Source: Geopsychrobacteraceae bacterium (lineage in GTDB: Bacteria > Desulfobacterota > Desulfuromonadia > Desulfuromonadales > Geopsychrobacteraceae). From it: 64,000 nucleotides of DNA. Numbering within the stretch: the first letter of the stretch is position 1; each line of letters begins with the position of its first letter. The stretch spans positions 512,001-576,000 of the forward strand of contig CAXXTB010000002.1 in the NCBI GenBank assembly GCA_963676795.2. Reading direction: 5' to 3'. The notes beneath the pieces were generated by a model, which was not told the DNA's origin, searched no databases, and saw only the letters and a list, made by a program, of their open reading frames with translations. Below are positions 60,007 to 64,000 of this stretch, piece after piece. The position numbers and the translations under genes were made by a program.

Positions 60007-60945
60007 ATGAGTAATAGAAGACTATGGGATAAAACGGTGGATCACAGTTCCCCGACGATAAAAGACAGATTTGAATACCTGCTGATCATGCTGGCGGTCC
60101 GCCTGACCCGCCTGCTCGGTCGGGAGAAATCCCTCCGGCTGGGGCGCTGGCTCGGCAGGCAGGCGCTCTGGGTCCTGCCGGCGCGGCGTCGTCTGGCACT
60201 CGATAATATGCGCAAGGCTCTGCCTGAACTGAGCGAAGAGGAGATTCGTCTGGTTGCCAGGCGTAACTTTGAGAATATCGGCGCCAGCGCCTTTGAGATG
60301 CTGGGCTTGGATCTCTGGAGGCCGGGCAGCGATGATCTGCAGCGCTATTTCGACATCGAAGGTGCAGAGAATCTCAAGAGTGCGTCTGAGCTGGGACGGG
60401 GGATGCTGATTCTCACCGCGCACCTCGGTTTCTGGGAATCCGGATTCTTTGTCCTGCCGGAGCTGGGTTACCCCTGCGATGGGGTTGCCAAGCCGATGAG
60501 GAACCCTCTGGCCGACCGCTATTTCGCCCGGATCCGTGAGACCTTCGGCGGCCAGGTCCTGAACAGCAAAAAGGGGGCGCGGAGAATCCTCGCCTCATTG
60601 AACAAGGGGCGCGCGGTGGCGATTCTGCTCGATCAGCATATCAAGCCGCCCGGTTCGGTCGAGACGGATTTCTTTGGCCGCAAGGCCTATACCACAACGG
60701 CGATTGCCAATCTGGCCATGAAGTATCGGGTGCCGGTGGTGCCGATGTTCTGCCTGCGGGGTGATGACAACAGGTACCGGGTCTGGATCGATGAGCCTCT
60801 GCTGCTGGAAGGTTGCGGGGAGCAGGCCGTTGCCGAGAATACCCAGCTGTTGACAACTATTATTGAGAATGCGGTCCGCCGCGATGTGTCCCAATGGTTC
60901 TGGATGCACAGGCGCTGGCGGGTCAAGAAAAAGAAAAAGGGCTAA
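60007..60945 (+). CDS. lpxL: Lipid A late acyltransferase (LpxL/HtrB family)
   Basis: [21 protein letters not shown]. Start is uncertain. Confidence 0.85.
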   Translation: MSNRRLWDKTVDHSSPTIKDRFEYLLIMLAVRLTRLLGREKSLRLGRWLGRQALWVLPARRRLALDNMRKALPELSEEEIRLVARRNFENIGASAFEMLGLDLWRPGSDDLQRYFDIEGAENLKSASELGRGMLILTAHLGFWESGFFVLPELGYPCDGVAKPMRNPLADRYFARIRETFGGQVLNSKKGARRILASLNKGRAVAILLDQHIKPPGSVETDFFGRKAYTTTAIANLAMKYRVPVVPMFCLRGDDNRYRVWIDEPLLLEGCGEQAVAENTQLLTTIIENAVRRDVSQWFWMHRRWRVKKKKKG

Positions 60946-60949
60946 AGAC

Positions 60950-62536
60950 GTGAGTAAGCAGTTAGAAAAAGAGATCGCCAGGCGCCGGACCTTCGGCATC
61001 ATCAGTCACCCGGATGCCGGTAAAACGACCCTGACCGAGAAGCTGTTGCTGTTCGGCGGTGCGATTCAGATGGCCGGTACGGTCAAGGCCCGTAAATCGA
61101 ACCGGCATGCGACCAGTGACTGGATGAGCATCGAAAAGGAGCGGGGGATCTCGGTCTCATCCTCGGTCATGAAGTTCGATTACAGCGGTTACGAGGTCAA
61201 TCTGCTCGATACCCCGGGTCACCAGGACTTCTCCGAGGATACCTACCGGGTTCTGACCGCCGTCGACAGCGCACTGATGGTCATCGACAGTGCCAACGGC
61301 GTCGAGCGCCAGACCGAAAAGCTGATGGAAGTCTGCCGGATGCGCAACACCCCGGTGCTGACCTTCATCAACAAGCTCGATCGCGAAGGGCTTGAGCCGC
61401 TCGATATCCTTGCCGATATCGAAGAGAAGCTGCAGATCGAATGTGCCCCGCTCTCCTGGCCGATCGGCATGGGCAAGCGCTTCAAAGGGGTCTACAACAT
61501 CTATCGAAACGAACTCAACCTGTTCCGCCCGGGAGATGACGCGCGCAGTACCGAGGTTGTCAAGATCAAGGATCTGAACGATCCGCGCCTTGATGAACTG
61601 CTCGGCTCCCAGGCCGATGAGCTGCGCAGCGATATCGAACTGCTTGAAGGGGCGGCCAATCCGTTCAACAAGGATGAATACCTCAAGGCGAACCAGACCC
61701 CGGTCTTCTTCGGCAGCGCTATCAACAACTTTGGTGTCAAGGAGATGCTCGACGCCTTCGTTGAACTGGCTCCGGCTCCCGGCCCGCGCGAAACGGTAGA
61801 GCGGATAGTGGAACCGGCGGAAGAGGATTTCTCAGGTTTCGTGTTTAAGATCCAGGCCAATATGGACCCGGCCCATCGCGACCGGATCGCCTTTTTGCGT
61901 ATCTGTTCGGGCAAGTTCACCCGTGGCATGAAGGTGCGTCATCACCGGATCGGAAAGGATGTTAACCTGTCCAACGCCACCATCTTCATGGCTCAGGACC
62001 GGGCGAACGTCGAAGAGGCCTATCCGGGAGATATCATCGGTCTGCACAACCATGGTACGATCAAGATCGGTGATACCTTCAGCCTCAAGGAGCCGCTCAA
62101 ATACACCGGAATTCCGAACTTTGCTCCGGAGCATTTCCGCCGCGTCCGGCTTAAGGACCCGCTCAAATCGAAACAGTTACAGAAGGGGTTGATCCAGCTC
62201 GCCGAAGAGGGGGCCGTCCAGGTCTTCAAACCGGTCACCGGAGCTGAGTTCATCCTTGGCGCCGTCGGTGTTCTGCAGTTCGATGTCACCATGGAGCGCC
62301 TCAAGGCGGAGTACAATGTTGCTGCCGTCTACGAGGGGGTCGATTACACCACGGCCCGCTGGGTCGAATGTGACGACCGTAAGGTCTTTGAGGAGTTTCA
62401 AAAGAAAAACCAGGGGAACCTGGCCCACGATGCCGAAGGGCACCTGACCTATCTGGCGGCCAGTGAGTGGCGTCTGGGGCATACCGCCGAACAGTGGGAG
62501 CAGGTTCGCTTCCTGAAATCGCGCGAACACAGCTGA
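60950..62536 (+). CDS. prfC: Peptide chain release factor 3
   Basis: [45 protein letters not shown] start. Confidence 0.97.
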   Translation: MSKQLEKEIARRRTFGIISHPDAGKTTLTEKLLLFGGAIQMAGTVKARKSNRHATSDWMSIEKERGISVSSSVMKFDYSGYEVNLLDTPGHQDFSEDTYRVLTAVDSALMVIDSANGVERQTEKLMEVCRMRNTPVLTFINKLDREGLEPLDILADIEEKLQIECAPLSWPIGMGKRFKGVYNIYRNELNLFRPGDDARSTEVVKIKDLNDPRLDELLGSQADELRSDIELLEGAANPFNKDEYLKANQTPVFFGSAINNFGVKEMLDAFVELAPAPGPRETVERIVEPAEEDFSGFVFKIQANMDPAHRDRIAFLRICSGKFTRGMKVRHHRIGKDVNLSNATIFMAQDRANVEEAYPGDIIGLHNHGTIKIGDTFSLKEPLKYTGIPNFAPEHFRRVRLKDPLKSKQLQKGLIQLAEEGAVQVFKPVTGAEFILGAVGVLQFDVTMERLKAEYNVAAVYEGVDYTTARWVECDDRKVFEEFQKKNQGNLAHDAEGHLTYLAASEWRLGHTAEQWEQVRFLKSREHS

Positions 62537-62683
62537 ACCTTTTCTGGTACGGCAACCATCTCTGTTTGAGAGGGAATTCAATAAGAACGGGGTCGTATGG
62601 CCCCTTTTCTATTGAATTAGATTTGCTTTATGTTAACTTGATTACGTGCGTTATTTTTCTTCTATTTTCGTTTGGAGAAGAAG

Positions 62684-63673
62684 ATGGTCCAGTTCCGGTT
62701 TTGGCTCATGATGCTGTTATTGGTGCTGTGCCTCAGTCTGAATAGTGCACGGCAGGTCTGTGCCGCCAGCGAGAAAGTACTGGCAGTATATAGTTTTGAG
62801 CGTGATCACCCTCACAATGTCGAGATCCGCGAGGCGATCGAACAGGTATTCGCCGGTGTTGCTGAGGTGACCAGTGTCTATCTCGACATGAAACAAGAGC
62901 CGGAGCTGGGAACGCGTAAGGCCCAAGATGCGGCCGAATTATTCCGAACCTTGCGTCCCGATGGAGTCATTGCAATCGATGATGATGCCATGGAACTTTT
63001 TGTTCTGCCTTTCCTGAAAGATCGCACAGCCGTTCCGGTTACCTTTTGTGGTGTGAACGCAATAACCGATTTTCACAGTGCGACCGGTTCGATCTCCGGT
63101 ATCTATGAACACTTCTATTTTGATGAGACTCTCGCTTTAGCGCGTGGGTTGGTCGGTCCCGTCAACCGTTTCGCCTTTATGATAAAAAAAGGTATAACGG
63201 AAAGGCATGTCAGAGATTTTCTGCAACGAGAACGAAATGACCTTTCTGTTGATTTGGCCGGGATATACGCTCCCGAAACAGTCGAAGAGGCCCTGGGTAT
63301 GATTGCGGGGCTGGATGACAATGTCGACCTGCTTGTTCTTGGTCCGATGGAAGGGCTGCGCGACCGGTCTGGTCAAAATCTCAGCGAAGAACAGATCATC
63401 CCGCAACTTCAGACGGCTTTTGGCAAGGCGACCGTCGGACTGACTCGAGGAGGAATCTGGCATGGAGCGCTCGGTGGTGTCATTATCAATCTTAAGGAAC
63501 AGGGCTACTGGGCGGCACGGTTGTTGATTGCGGCCATGGACGGTACGGATCTGACTGCAGCTGACGCCAGAAAAAACCTGCGTGGTATAAGGGTGATTAA
63601 CGCTTCGACGATGAAGCTGATGGGAGTGATGCCTGATCCTTTGCTCCTCAGAGGTGTAGAGCTGGTTAAATGA
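62684..63673 (+). CDS. Stand-alone ABC-substrate-binding-like sensory protein
   Basis: Signal peptide, IAIDDDA, PVTFCGVN, GALGG, EQG; resembles the periplasmic domain of the kinase at 14364-17411. Confidence 0.8.
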   Translation: MVQFRFWLMMLLLVLCLSLNSARQVCAASEKVLAVYSFERDHPHNVEIREAIEQVFAGVAEVTSVYLDMKQEPELGTRKAQDAAELFRTLRPDGVIAIDDDAMELFVLPFLKDRTAVPVTFCGVNAITDFHSATGSISGIYEHFYFDETLALARGLVGPVNRFAFMIKKGITERHVRDFLQRERNDLSVDLAGIYAPETVEEALGMIAGLDDNVDLLVLGPMEGLRDRSGQNLSEEQIIPQLQTAFGKATVGLTRGGIWHGALGGVIINLKEQGYWAARLLIAAMDGTDLTAADARKNLRGIRVINASTMKLMGVMPDPLLLRGVELVK

Positions 63674-64000
63674 TCAATTTTCTGACAGGCTCGTTCCTGA
63701 CAATTCGCCAGCGACTGTTTCGCATGTCGCTGCTCGCTGTCCTGTTCTTCGCCCTGATCGGGGTGATCCTGGTTCTGTCGACTGCTAACGTCCGTGAAAA
63801 GATTGACCGTATCGTCGAAGGGCGGTTGCAGAAGGTTGTCGAGAATTCGCGGGTCAGCCGGGTTTTCGGACTGGTCAACTCGCGTGTTCTTGTTCTGCAG
63901 AAGACCTTTTATGAAAGGCCGGAATATCTGGAGCGGGAGATTGTTGAGGTCAGGGGGCGGCTGCAGGGGATGCTGGTCAATACCGAGGACGCGACGTTAC
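63670..64000 (+). CDS. Membrane-anchored protein, probably a sensor kinase N-terminus (partial)
   Basis: Open frame from ATG 63670 (ATGA overlap) to the window end: MINFLTGSFLTIRQRLFRMSLLAVLFFALIGVILV, one TM. Confidence 0.6.
   Translation, partial: MINFLTGSFLTIRQRLFRMSLLAVLFFALIGVILVLSTANVREKIDRIVEGRLQKVVENSRVSRVFGLVNSRVLVLQKTFYERPEYLEREIVEVRGRLQGMLVNTEDATL

Noticed and set aside
20337..62536. efpL, arfB and prfC as a ribosome-rescue cluster
   Set aside because: They are separated by many unrelated genes and are not co-transcribed.

Overview
This 64-kb window is GC-rich chromosomal DNA. Gene content (GEMM-I riboswitch, c-heme MCP, HDOD protein, heptamer repeat) suggests an anaerobic deltaproteobacterium, most likely Desulfuromonadales; that placement is inference. 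Most of it is core or metabolic: tandem acetate kinases, a cfa/DUF1365/FAD-oxidoreductase (furan-fatty-acid-like) operon, liv and aap amino-acid ABC transporters, a B12-riboswitch-controlled btuBFCD operon, glucan phosphorylase, upp-uraA, lpxL, prfC, arfB and an EfpL-type elongation factor. Four things stand out. (1) Four intergenic copies (about 2.9, 29.1, 44.2 and 57.3 kb) of a 300-440 bp modular, palindromic, non-coding element with interchangeable ends and hairpins that keep their pairing while changing sequence. (2) An AT-richer islet (about 13.5-19.2 kb) that starts at an IS3 scar and carries a GEMM-I riboswitch with the A20 signature of 3',3'-cGAMP sensors, upstream of an HDOD gene and a hybrid histidine kinase. 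(3) A second acetate kinase in which all three nucleotide-binding loops are altered. (4) A LemA gene coupled to a GIDE-like/EF-hand membrane protein. No rRNA, tRNA, CRISPR array or intact transposase was seen. All calls come from reading the sequence by eye; no searches were run.
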